Positions 51,826-60,696 are shown, counted from the stretch's first letter. The stretch is DNA of 64,000 nucleotides from an uncultured Bacteroidota bacterium (GCA_903842575.1 CAIMMM010000006.1:11456-75455); one strand, 5' to 3'. The notes: a model not told the origin generated them from the sequence alone. Program-made: numbers and translations.

Positions 51826-53697
51826 TTATATTTTTATAATAAATAACGGTATCGAAATTTTGTGCCGCAATTTATCCACCGTAGTGCCAAAAAGAATGTC
51901 TTTCAAACCGGTATGGCCATGGGTTCCCATTACAAGAAGATCGAAATTTCCTTCGTTAATAATCTTAGGAATTATTTTATTGGGTTTGCCAAATCCTAAT
52001 TTAGTGTCCACTTTAAATCCTTTTTCCGACAACATTTTGTAATAATCCATTAATAATTTTTCGTCAATGGTCGTTTCATGGTCAATAATTGTGCTGCCAT
52101 ACATCAAAGCACCTACGGTTTCTACCACATGAATAAGAGTGTAATTCGCATGAATACCGCCAAGCTCAAAAGCACTATTTAGCGCAATTTCATCTGCATT
52201 AGAGAAATCTACTGTAATGGCAATATTCTTTTTATCATAGGTTGCTGTTGGTGTAAATTTTAAAACCAAATTATGAGGAGAATGATTTTCGATAGTTGGT
52301 TTTGATTTTGTCATAAACGGATTAAAAACAATATAAAGCAATAAAATCAAAAAGCCAACGGCTACCGGAACAACCGTTAGCCAAAGCACAACTGGATTTT
52401 CTGAAGCGGCTAACCAATCCTGTATTTCATTAAAAACCAATTTTGCATTGAGCGAAACGATTACCAAAGCCACAAGCCAAGACGCAACTTGCGTCGTTTT
52501 ACTAATGGCAAAACCTTTCATCTTTTGTTTATCGCTTACAAAGTGAATTAAAGGAATAATGGCAAACCCCAATTGTAAACTCAAAATCACCTGACTCAAA
52601 ATAAGCAATTTCCCAGTCACACTTTCGCCAAAAACAGATATCACTATCAAAGCAGGTACGATAGCTATTAATCGGGTAATTATTCTTCGAACCCAAGGTT
52701 GAATCCTTAAATTTAGATAGCCTTCCATGATGATTTGCCCCGCTAAAGTCCCTGTTATTGTGGAGCTTTGCCCAGCTGCAATCAAAGCCACAGCAAACAA
52801 AATGGGCGCCCATTGCGTTCCTAAAAGTGGCGCTAAAAAGCGATGTGCATCTTGAATTTCCGCAACTTCAAACATGCCGTTTCGATAAAATGTGGCAGCA
52901 GCTAAAATCAATATCGCCGCATTAACAAAAAAAGCCAAGTTCAAAGCAATAGTACTATCAATGAAATTATATTTCAAGGCTTGTTTAATACCTTTGTTGC
53001 TTCGGTCAAATTTTCGCGTTTGTACCAAGGAAGAATGTAAATATAAATTGTGTGGCATAACCGTTGCGCCTATAATCCCAATGGCTATATACAAAGCTGT
53101 TTCGTTTGGCATACTCGGAATTAAACCTTTAAGAACACTCCCAACTTCGGGTTGGGCAAAAATCATTTCAAAAATAAAGGAAACACCAATAATGACTACC
53201 AATGCAATAATAAAAGCTTCCATTTTTCGGATGCCTTTATTGATTAAGAAAAGGAGCAGAAATGTATCCAAAACGGTAATCATAACGCCTTGAATCAAAG
53301 GAATTCCAAATAATAAATTAATACCAATGGCCATCCCCAAAACTTCAGCCAAGTCGCAAGCCGCAATGGCTATTTCGGCAAGAAAATAAAGAATATAATT
53401 AATGAATTTAGAATAGGTTTCTCGGGAGGCTTGTGCCAAGTCGCGCTGAGTAACTATCCCCAATCGGGCACTTAAACTTTGTAAAAGCAATGCCATGATA
53501 TTACTCATCAGTAAAACCCAAAGTAGTGCATACCCAAACTGACTTCCGCCCGCAATATCGGTTGCCCAATTTCCTGGGTCCATATAACCCACACTTACCA
53601 AATAGGCCGGACCAAAAAAGGCAAGGATTTTTCTAAAAACAGTGGTTTTATTTTGGGTAGGAACCGATTGGTTTACTTCTTCTAAAGATTTTCCCAT
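51826..53697 (-). CDS. mntH: Nramp family divalent metal transporter fused to a C-terminal universal stress protein (USP) domain
   Basis: GPAYLVSVGYMDPGNWATD (Nramp DPGN motif) and ATVMPHNLYLHS. The last ~145 aa carry USP-like LVMGTHGHTGLKDILFGTT. Confidence 0.8.
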   Translation of the reverse strand: MGKSLEEVNQSVPTQNKTTVFRKILAFFGPAYLVSVGYMDPGNWATDIAGGSQFGYALLWVLLMSNIMALLLQSLSARLGIVTQRDLAQASRETYSKFINYILYFLAEIAIAACDLAEVLGMAIGINLLFGIPLIQGVMITVLDTFLLLFLINKGIRKMEAFIIALVVIIGVSFIFEMIFAQPEVGSVLKGLIPSMPNETALYIAIGIIGATVMPHNLYLHSSLVQTRKFDRSNKGIKQALKYNFIDSTIALNLAFFVNAAILILAAATFYRNGMFEVAEIQDAHRFLAPLLGTQWAPILFAVALIAAGQSSTITGTLAGQIIMEGYLNLRIQPWVRRIITRLIAIVPALIVISVFGESVTGKLLILSQVILSLQLGFAIIPLIHFVSDKQKMKGFAISKTTQVASWLVALVIVSLNAKLVFNEIQDWLAASENPVVLWLTVVPVAVGFLILLLYIVFNPFMTKSKPTIENHSPHNLVLKFTPTATYDKKNIAITVDFSNADEIALNSAFELGGIHANYTLIHVVETVGALMYGSTIIDHETTIDEKLLMDYYKMLSEKGFKVDTKLGFGKPNKIIPKIINEGNFDLLVMGTHGHTGLKDILFGTTVDKLRHKISIPLFIIKI

Positions 53698-53812
53698 GAA
53701 TTTATTCCTTTGAAATTCAAAAATACAATTTTTATAGCAATCAAATTATATTGTTAGAAATATCTAAAAAATTGTCTTTGATTCAGCGATATTAATAAAA
53801 ATATTTAGGGAT

Positions 53813-54181
53813 TTATACAATAGATTTATCAATTTTAAAGTGTTTAATTATCTTACTGATAAGTGAAAAAAGCAAAAGAAATGTTATAAGAACCATTTCA
53901 CGAATCGCTTCGGTTGTTTGATGAAGAGCTTCGCTATTTCTTTGCAAATGATAAAGAAGTCTTTTTTTGTTTTCGAGGTCTGAAATATCATTAGGGTATC
54001 CTGGAAAAACGTGTGGAATTGAAATTGCTAGTAACAACATCATTATTCCATAAGAATACAAGTGGTATTGCAATGTCCATTTCAAATTGTTTTGTCTAGC
54101 AACTATAAAATAACCTATTGCAAAAACAATCATTACCCCTAATTTTATATAAAGAGTGTCCATTCGTGCTAAAAAATCCAT
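53813..54181 (-). CDS. hypothetical membrane protein
   Basis: 122 aa, 3 hydrophobic segments, no recognisable motif. Confidence 0.4.
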   Translation of the reverse strand: MDFLARMDTLYIKLGVMIVFAIGYFIVARQNNLKWTLQYHLYSYGIMMLLLAISIPHVFPGYPNDISDLENKKRLLYHLQRNSEALHQTTEAIREMVLITFLLLFSLISKIIKHFKIDKSIV

Positions 54182-54255
54182 TGAATATTAATTTTTGAAA
54201 CGTAAACATAACAAATCTTTATGACTTCTTTGAATCGTAAAATTAGATTTCTCAT

Positions 54256-54263
54256 TATCTTTG
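54256..54263 (+). promoter_or_regulatory. TAnnTTTG -7 box for the bacilliredoxin gene
   Basis: TATCTTTG, 54 nt upstream of ATG 54317. Lies inside the inverted repeat 54242..54285. Confidence 0.4.
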
Positions 54264-54316
54264 CAAAAGATTTTTTAAATCTAATATCGTATATCTAAAA
54301 TTTAATATTCAAAATT

Positions 54317-54727
54317 ATGTATCCAGAAGAAATGATTAAACCAATGCGAACTGAATTGTCAGACGCTGGTTTTCAAGATTTATATAGTGCTGACGCCGTT
54401 GAAAATGCTATCAAAGCGGAAGGAACTACACTAGTGGTTATAAATTCTGTTTGCGGTTGTGCTGCAAGAAATGCACGTCCGGGAGCAAAAATGAGTTTGG
54501 ATGGCGCCAAAAAACCGGATCATTTAGTTACGGTTTTTGCTGGTGTTGACAAAGAAGCTGTTGATGCAGCTCGGGAGCATATGTTCCCTTTTCCTCCATC
54601 TTCGCCAAGCCTGGCTTTGTTTAAAAATGGGGAGTTGGTTCACATGCTAGAACGTCATCACATTGAAGGCCGTCCTGCAGAAATGATTGCAGAAAATTTG
54701 AAAGACGCTTACGCTGAATTCTGTTAA
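54317..54727 (+). CDS. BrxA/BrxB family bacilliredoxin (DUF1094)
   Basis: VINSVCGCAARNARPG (CGC redox motif) in a thioredoxin-like fold of about 136 aa. Confidence 0.75.
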   Translation: MYPEEMIKPMRTELSDAGFQDLYSADAVENAIKAEGTTLVVINSVCGCAARNARPGAKMSLDGAKKPDHLVTVFAGVDKEAVDAAREHMFPFPPSSPSLALFKNGELVHMLERHHIEGRPAEMIAENLKDAYAEFC

Positions 54728-54746
54728 TCAGAAAAAATCATCATCA

Positions 54747-54783
54747 AAACCTTTTAGAAAGCCATTTCTGAAAGGTTTTTTTA
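54747..54783 (+). terminator. rho-independent terminator after the bacilliredoxin gene
   Basis: AACCTTTtAGAAAgccaTTTCTgAAAGGTT followed by TTTTTT. Confidence 0.7.
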
Positions 54784-54823
54784 TTTTAATCCTTTTCAAA
54801 TCTCCAAATTTTCAAATTTATTT

Positions 54824-54831
54824 TACCTTTG
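54824..54831 (+). promoter_or_regulatory. TAnnTTTG -7 box for the trhO-radical SAM-U32-ferredoxin unit
   Basis: TACCTTTG, 57 nt upstream of ATG 54888. Confidence 0.4.
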
Positions 54832-54887
54832 TGCCGAATTCTTCCATTTAGAGTTCGACAACTGTTTCTCACTTAAACGTTTATAGC

Positions 54888-56276
54888 ATGCAACTGTATA
54901 ACACCTTAAGCGCAGAAGAAAGAGCCGAGCTTATTGACCAAGCCGGAAAACAAAGACTTACTTTGTCTTTTTATGCGTATGCCAAAATTGAAAACCCAAA
55001 AGAATTTAGAGACGCTTTATTTTTAGCTTGGAATAGGCTAGATGCCCTTGGCCGAACTTATGTAGCCAAAGAAGGAATCAATGCCCAAATGTCGGTTCCC
55101 GCTGAAAATTTTGAAGTTTTTCGGGAGACCTTAGAAGCTTATAATTTCATGAAAAACATTCGTTTGAATGTGGCTGTAGAACACGACGATCATTCGTTTT
55201 TGAAACTCACTGTAAAAGTGCGTGATAAGATTGTTGCCGATGGATTGAATGATGAAACCTTTGATGTAACGGATATTGGCGTGCACTTAAAAGCTAATGA
55301 ATTCAATCAAATTTTGGAGGATCCCAACACTATTGTAGTTGATTTTAGAAATCATTACGAAAGCGAAATAGGACATTTCAAGGGAGCGATTACTCCTGAT
55401 GTGGAAACTTTCAGAGAAAGTTTACCTATCATAAACGAACAATTAAAAGACTTCAAGGAAGATAAAAATCTAGTGATGTATTGCACCGGAGGCATTCGTT
55501 GTGAAAAAGCTTCTGCCTATTTTAAGCATCAAGGATTTAAAAATGTATTTCAATTGGAAGGCGGCATTATTAATTATGCCAAACAAATCAAGGAAGAAAA
55601 TTTGGAGAGTAAGTTTATCGGGAAAAATTTTGTTTTTGATCATCGTTTGGGGGAAAGAATTACAGACGATATTGTTTCTCAATGTCATCAATGTGGGAAT
55701 CCTTGTGACAATCATACCAATTGTGAAAACGAGGGGTGTCATTTGCTGTTTATCCAATGTGATAGTTGCAAAGTCGCTATGGAAAATTGTTGCTCTGCCG
55801 AATGTCAGGAAATTATTCATATGTCATTGGTAGAACAAGTGAAATTACGTCGCGGCGTAAAGAATGGCAATAAAATTTTTAGAAAAGGAAAATCAGATAA
55901 ATTGGTATACAAACATTCTGGTGACTCGAGAGCAAAGATCGAACAGACGGTGCAATTGTCGAATATTGCTTTATCAACTTTTAAAAATCCAACGGCTATT
56001 CGACAAAAAATTAAAATCAAAAAAACACTACTCGGTAAAGCAGCGCATTATTTTACAAAAGCCAGTGTGGGTCTTTTTATCATTGAAAATAAGGAATTGA
56101 ATGTTGGTGATAAAATCTTAATATCGGGTCCAACCACGGGTAATGAGGAATTACTATTAGAAAAAATGTTGGTCAATGGAGCTGAAAACACAGTTGCAAA
56201 ACAAGGGGACAAAGTTACTTTTGCTTTACCGTTTCGGATTCGACTTTCAGATAAATTGTATAAATTAAACACATAA
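54888..56276 (+). CDS. trhO: rhodanese-type tRNA uridine(34) hydroxylase TrhO (UPF0176/YceA family) fused to a U32-peptidase C-terminal-like module
   Basis: TLSFYAYAKI..GRTYVAKEGINAQMSVP, rhodanese loop YCTGGIRCEKAS and a Cys-rich Zn-finger-like tail. The last ~85 aa (KKTLLGK..LPFRIRLSDKLYKLNT) align with the C-terminus of the U32 protein at 57365..58606. Confidence 0.75.
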   Translation: MQLYNTLSAEERAELIDQAGKQRLTLSFYAYAKIENPKEFRDALFLAWNRLDALGRTYVAKEGINAQMSVPAENFEVFRETLEAYNFMKNIRLNVAVEHDDHSFLKLTVKVRDKIVADGLNDETFDVTDIGVHLKANEFNQILEDPNTIVVDFRNHYESEIGHFKGAITPDVETFRESLPIINEQLKDFKEDKNLVMYCTGGIRCEKASAYFKHQGFKNVFQLEGGIINYAKQIKEENLESKFIGKNFVFDHRLGERITDDIVSQCHQCGNPCDNHTNCENEGCHLLFIQCDSCKVAMENCCSAECQEIIHMSLVEQVKLRRGVKNGNKIFRKGKSDKLVYKHSGDSRAKIEQTVQLSNIALSTFKNPTAIRQKIKIKKTLLGKAAHYFTKASVGLFIIENKELNVGDKILISGPTTGNEELLLEKMLVNGAENTVAKQGDKVTFALPFRIRLSDKLYKLNT

Positions 56277-56285
56277 CTACAAGCA

Positions 56286-57320
56286 ATGGATATCTATAAA
56301 GTTTTAAAATTTAACAACTATATCAAAAGTCATCGAATAAAATTCTTTGGATTGTGGCTGCTTAGCATTTTAAACAAAAGATACCTTTCGATCCAATTTG
56401 ACCCTGTTTTAGCGTGCAATCTTCGCTGTAAAATGTGCTATTTTACCGATGCCGATTATGTTAAAAAAAACATGAAAGGAATTTTTCCTGAAGCTGATTT
56501 GGAAAATTTAGCCAACGTTAATTTTAAAAATGCGCTGAAATTACAAATTGGTTGCGGTGCCGAACCAACCCTTTTCAAACACAACACCAAGCTGATTGAA
56601 ATAGCCAAAAAACAAAATGTTCCTTACATCAGTATGGTTACTAATGGCAATTTGTTGACAACAAAAGACATTCATGAATTTGCCACAGCTGGACTAAATG
56701 AATTCATCCTTTCCATGCATGGCGTTACCAAAGAAACCTATGAAGACCTAATGGATAAAGGGGTATATGAAAAATTTCATGAAGTTTTAGGGCTTATAAC
56801 GGAGCAGAAAAAAACCAATCCAAAATTGCGTTTGCGTATCAATTACACCTTTAATCAGGATAATTTCCATGAACTAAAAGACTTTTTTAAAGTGTATAAT
56901 CAATATGCCATTGATATTATCCAATTGCGACCTATTGATAAAATAGGAGAAACAACCTATGATAATTTCAGTTTAAAAGCCATAGAAAATGAGTATCCGG
57001 AAATATCCAATTTTCTAAAAACGGAATGTGTAAAAAGAGGCGTTACACTTTTATTTCCGGAATCGATTATGCGAAATGAGAATGAATCCTTAGTAGTGAA
57101 AACCGAAAACAACAGTTCCTATCTGCTTCCCTACACCTATTGTTATGTTTCCCCAAGCTATTATTGGAAGGGTGATTTTGATTGGAAAAAAGAAACTTTT
57201 TCAAGTTGGCAAAAAAGAAATAACTGGAATCAAACTTTGTTTAAAAACATATTTATATCAAAAAAAGAGCTCGAAAAACCCAACAGAAACATGTTGAATT
57301 ACTCCATCTCTATTAGCTAA
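56286..57320 (+). CDS. radical SAM protein, function unknown
   Basis: ACNLRCKMCYF (CxxxCxxC) and a GCGAEPT glycine-rich SAM motif. No SPASM-type second Cys cluster is evident. Confidence 0.75.
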   Translation: MDIYKVLKFNNYIKSHRIKFFGLWLLSILNKRYLSIQFDPVLACNLRCKMCYFTDADYVKKNMKGIFPEADLENLANVNFKNALKLQIGCGAEPTLFKHNTKLIEIAKKQNVPYISMVTNGNLLTTKDIHEFATAGLNEFILSMHGVTKETYEDLMDKGVYEKFHEVLGLITEQKKTNPKLRLRINYTFNQDNFHELKDFFKVYNQYAIDIIQLRPIDKIGETTYDNFSLKAIENEYPEISNFLKTECVKRGVTLLFPESIMRNENESLVVKTENNSSYLLPYTYCYVSPSYYWKGDFDWKKETFSSWQKRNNWNQTLFKNIFISKKELEKPNRNMLNYSISIS

Positions 57321-57364
57321 TTTGCTTTGTATTACTTTAATAAATTATTTAAAATTAAACGCTA

Positions 57365-58606
57365 ATGACAAATTCAGGAAAAATTGAACTTATGGCTCCT
57401 GCAGGGAATTTCGAATCCCTGCAAGCGGCTCTAGATAATGGTTGTGATTCCATTTATTTTGGCGTAGAACAATTAAATATGCGCGCTCGGGCCACCGTAA
57501 ATTTTGTTTTAGAAGATTTGCCAGAAATTGCCCGTAGATGTAAAGAAAAAAATGTTAGGACCTATTTAACATTAAATACAATTATTTATGATCATGATTT
57601 ATCCCTTGTAAAAACACTTTTAACAAAAGCAAAAAAAGCAGGAATTACAGCCGTTATCGCTTCGGATCAAGCCGTAATTATGACGGCAAAAACAATGGGA
57701 ATTGAAGTGCATATTTCTACCCAATTGAATGTCACCAATGTTGAAACGGTTAAGTTTTATGCAATGTTTGCCGATACAATTGTGCTTTCTCGCGAATTGA
57801 GTTTGCGTCAAGTGAAAAAAATCACGGATGCTATCAAAAAAGAATGCGTTATAGGTCCAAGCGGTAATTTAATAGAAATAGAAATCTTTGGCCACGGCGC
57901 TTTATGTATGGCCGTTTCCGGGAAATGCTATTTGAGTTTGCATTCCCATAATTCCTCTGCAAATCGTGGCGCTTGTAAACAAAATTGCAGAAAAAAATAT
58001 ACCGTAATCGACCAAGAAAGCGGTTTCGAAATTGAAGTTGACAACGAATATTTAATGTCTCCAAAAGATTTATGCACACTAGACTTTTTGGATCAAGTAA
58101 TCGATTCAGACATTAAAGTATTGAAAATTGAAGGTCGCGGAAGAGCTGCCGATTATGTAGCAACAGTTATCAAAACCTATCGCGATGCAATTGATTCGTA
58201 CTACGAAGGAACATTCACCAAGGAAAAAATCAACACTTGGATGGAAGCCTTGTCAACCGTTTATAATCGTGGATTTTGGAGCGGTTATTACCTTGGACAA
58301 AAATTAGGGGAATGGTCGGATAATCCCGGGTCGAGTGCTACACAAAAGAAAGTATATGTTGGAAAAGGAATTAATTATTTTGTAAAATCTAGTGTGGCCG
58401 AATTCAAAATTGAGGCTTACGATATTAAAAAAGGCGATAAAATTTTAATTACTGGCGCAACAACTGGAGCTCAAGAATTAATTATTGAGAACATGTTTGT
58501 AAACGACATCCATTCGGATAAAGCAACCAAGGGCGATAGTTGTACTATGAAAGTGCCTTTTAGAATTCGATTGTCGGATAAAATATATAAAATTGTGGAA
58601 GCCTAA
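57365..58606 (+). CDS. U32 family protein (TrhP/RlhA/UbiU-type O2-independent hydroxylase family, formerly 'peptidase U32')
   Basis: U32 signature EIFGHGALCMAVSGKCYLS plus RGACKQNC (4 Cys, candidate Fe-S site). C-terminal beta-barrel-like module ending VPFRIRLSDKIYKIVEA. Confidence 0.8.
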   Translation: MTNSGKIELMAPAGNFESLQAALDNGCDSIYFGVEQLNMRARATVNFVLEDLPEIARRCKEKNVRTYLTLNTIIYDHDLSLVKTLLTKAKKAGITAVIASDQAVIMTAKTMGIEVHISTQLNVTNVETVKFYAMFADTIVLSRELSLRQVKKITDAIKKECVIGPSGNLIEIEIFGHGALCMAVSGKCYLSLHSHNSSANRGACKQNCRKKYTVIDQESGFEIEVDNEYLMSPKDLCTLDFLDQVIDSDIKVLKIEGRGRAADYVATVIKTYRDAIDSYYEGTFTKEKINTWMEALSTVYNRGFWSGYYLGQKLGEWSDNPGSSATQKKVYVGKGINYFVKSSVAEFKIEAYDIKKGDKILITGATTGAQELIIENMFVNDIHSDKATKGDSCTMKVPFRIRLSDKIYKIVEA

Positions 58607-58836
58607 TGATCATTGTTACATTGCAAAGAGACAAGTGTATTGGCTGCAATTACTGTGTGGAAATGGCTCCGGCACAATTTCAAATGTCAAAAAAAGATGG
58701 TAAATCGGTGCTAATTAAATCGGTTAATGCCAAAGGGTTTTACACTCTAAAATCGCAAGACCACACTATTGCCGAAAATTGTGAGTTAGCGGCAAAAGCC
58801 TGCCCCGTTCATATTATTTCAATTAAGGAAATGTAA
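58606..58836 (+). CDS. small ferredoxin
   Basis: 76 aa with CIGCNYC ... CP. Its ATG overlaps the TAA of the U32 gene (TAATG at 58604..58608). Confidence 0.7.
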   Translation: MIIVTLQRDKCIGCNYCVEMAPAQFQMSKKDGKSVLIKSVNAKGFYTLKSQDHTIAENCELAAKACPVHIISIKEM

Positions 58837-58989
58837 GCTGTTTCCATCCCGTTTTATTTATTTTAAACAACTTTTTTCTAACTTAATAAAGTTTCGAATT
58901 TTAACTTTTGACCTTAATTCAAAAATACTATCTTTACAAATTAATCGTTTTATAAACTTAAATTGCTTTTTAGCAATACTACATATATT

Positions 58990-60222
58990 ATGGCATGTCA
59001 AAGTTGTTCAACCTCTGATGGCGGAGCGCCAAAAGGTTGTAAAAATAACGGAACCTGTGGCACAGATAGTTGCAATAAATTAACCGTTTTTGATTGGCTT
59101 TCAAACATGAGTTTGCCTAATGGGCAAACTCCCTTTGATTGTGTTGAAGTACGATTCAAAAACGGGAGAAAAGAATTTTATCGAAATGTCGAAAAAATTA
59201 CACTCAGCATTGGTGATATTGTGGCTACAGAAGCCTCTCCGGGACATGATATTGGAATTGTGACTTTAACGGGGGAATTGGTGAAAATCCAAATGAAGAA
59301 AAAAGCGGTAGACCACAACAGCAAAGAAATTGCAAAAATTTACCGAAAAGCATCACAAAAAGACATCGATATTTGGTCGGCAGCTCGTGATAAAGAAGAG
59401 CCTATGAAAGTGAAAGCGCGTGAATTGGCCATTACACACAAGCTTGAAATGAAAATTTCTGACATTGAGTTTCAGGGCGATGGTTCAAAAGCTACTTTCT
59501 ATTACACATCAAATGACCGAGTTGATTTTCGGCTTCTTATAAAAGATTTCGCTCGTGTTTTTAACAACCGAATCGAAATGAAACAAGTAGGATTGCGTCA
59601 AGAAGCGTCTCGCCTTGGGGGAATTGGTTCTTGTGGAAGAGAGCTGTGTTGTTCCACTTGGCTTACCGATTTTAGAAGTGTAAATACCTCGGCAGCGCGA
59701 TACCAACAACTTTCTTTAAATCCACAAAAATTGGCAGGACAATGTGGTAAATTGAAATGTTGTTTGAACTATGAGTTAGACACTTACCTTGATGCATTAA
59801 AAGATTTCCCGGATTTTGATTTAAAATTAAAAACCGATAAAGGCGATGCGCTTTGCCAAAAACAAGATATTTTTAAAGGATTAATGTGGTATGCCTATAC
59901 CGATAATTTTGCTAATTGGCATGTGCTAAAGATTGAACAAGTAAAAGAAATCGTTGCTCAAAATAAACTAAATAAAAACGCAAGTTCTTTGGAAGATTAT
60001 GCCTTTGAAATAGTTGTTGAAGTAGAAAAAGATTTCAATAATGCTATGGGACAAGAGAGTTTAACGCGATTTGACCAACCAAAAAAGAGCAAAAACAGGA
60101 ATAAGAATAAAAATAAAATTACAAGTTCAAATTCAAATCAGAAAACAAATCAAGAACAAAATATAATTCCACAACCAAAAAAAACACCTATAATTATCAA
60201 AAAGAATGAGAATAAAGAATAA
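58990..60222 (+). CDS. PSP1 domain protein (RicT/YaaT-like)
   Basis: Cys-rich N-terminus (MACQSCS..CKNNGTCGTDSC) and PSP1 region (GSCGRELCCSTWL..GQCGKLKCCLNYE). K/N-rich tail. Start at ATG 58990. Confidence 0.75.
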   Translation: MACQSCSTSDGGAPKGCKNNGTCGTDSCNKLTVFDWLSNMSLPNGQTPFDCVEVRFKNGRKEFYRNVEKITLSIGDIVATEASPGHDIGIVTLTGELVKIQMKKKAVDHNSKEIAKIYRKASQKDIDIWSAARDKEEPMKVKARELAITHKLEMKISDIEFQGDGSKATFYYTSNDRVDFRLLIKDFARVFNNRIEMKQVGLRQEASRLGGIGSCGRELCCSTWLTDFRSVNTSAARYQQLSLNPQKLAGQCGKLKCCLNYELDTYLDALKDFPDFDLKLKTDKGDALCQKQDIFKGLMWYAYTDNFANWHVLKIEQVKEIVAQNKLNKNASSLEDYAFEIVVEVEKDFNNAMGQESLTRFDQPKKSKNRNKNKNKITSSNSNQKTNQEQNIIPQPKKTPIIIKKNENKE

Positions 60223-60691
60223 TATCCTTTTTGTTTTAATCCTGTTTTTAGTTATTTCTTGTGACAAAAAAAGAGTTTTTGATCAATACAAATCTGTTGG
60301 AGACACCTGGCACAAAGACAGTATTGTTACTTTTGATTTACCAAAATTAGATTCAAAAAAAACCTTTAATCTGTTTGTCAACATTAGAGACAACAATGAT
60401 TATCCATTTAACAATCTTTTTTTAATTGTGTCTTTAGAACAACCCAATAGGAAAGTAAAAGTGGACACTCTTGAATATCAAATGGCCAATCCAGACGGAA
60501 CTCTTCTTGGTGACGGCTTTTCGGATATAAAAGAAAACAAACTTTTTTACAAAAATAAAGTGATTTTTGATCAAAAAGGACTTTACAAAATACATATTAA
60601 ACAAGCTGTTCGCCAAACTGGAAAAATTGAAGGCGTTTCAGCATTACCTGGGATTTCAGACGTTGGATTTAGAATAGAATCAATAGATTAA
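60206..60691 (+). CDS. gldH: gliding motility lipoprotein GldH
   Basis: Lipobox LVISC, about 160 aa, motifs NDYPFNNLFL and DGFSD. The PSP1-gldH-PBP1A order matches what I remember of Flavobacterium johnsoniae. Confidence 0.75.
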   Translation: MRIKNNILFVLILFLVISCDKKRVFDQYKSVGDTWHKDSIVTFDLPKLDSKKTFNLFVNIRDNNDYPFNNLFLIVSLEQPNRKVKVDTLEYQMANPDGTLLGDGFSDIKENKLFYKNKVIFDQKGLYKIHIKQAVRQTGKIEGVSALPGISDVGFRIESID

Positions 60692-60696
60692 AAGAC

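Noticed and set aside
60100-60222. K/N/S-rich low-complexity tail of the PSP1 protein and its 17-nt overlap with gldH.
   Set aside because: This is compositional low complexity typical of AT-rich genomes, and a short overlap of co-transcribed genes is ordinary. Nothing suggests a separate feature.
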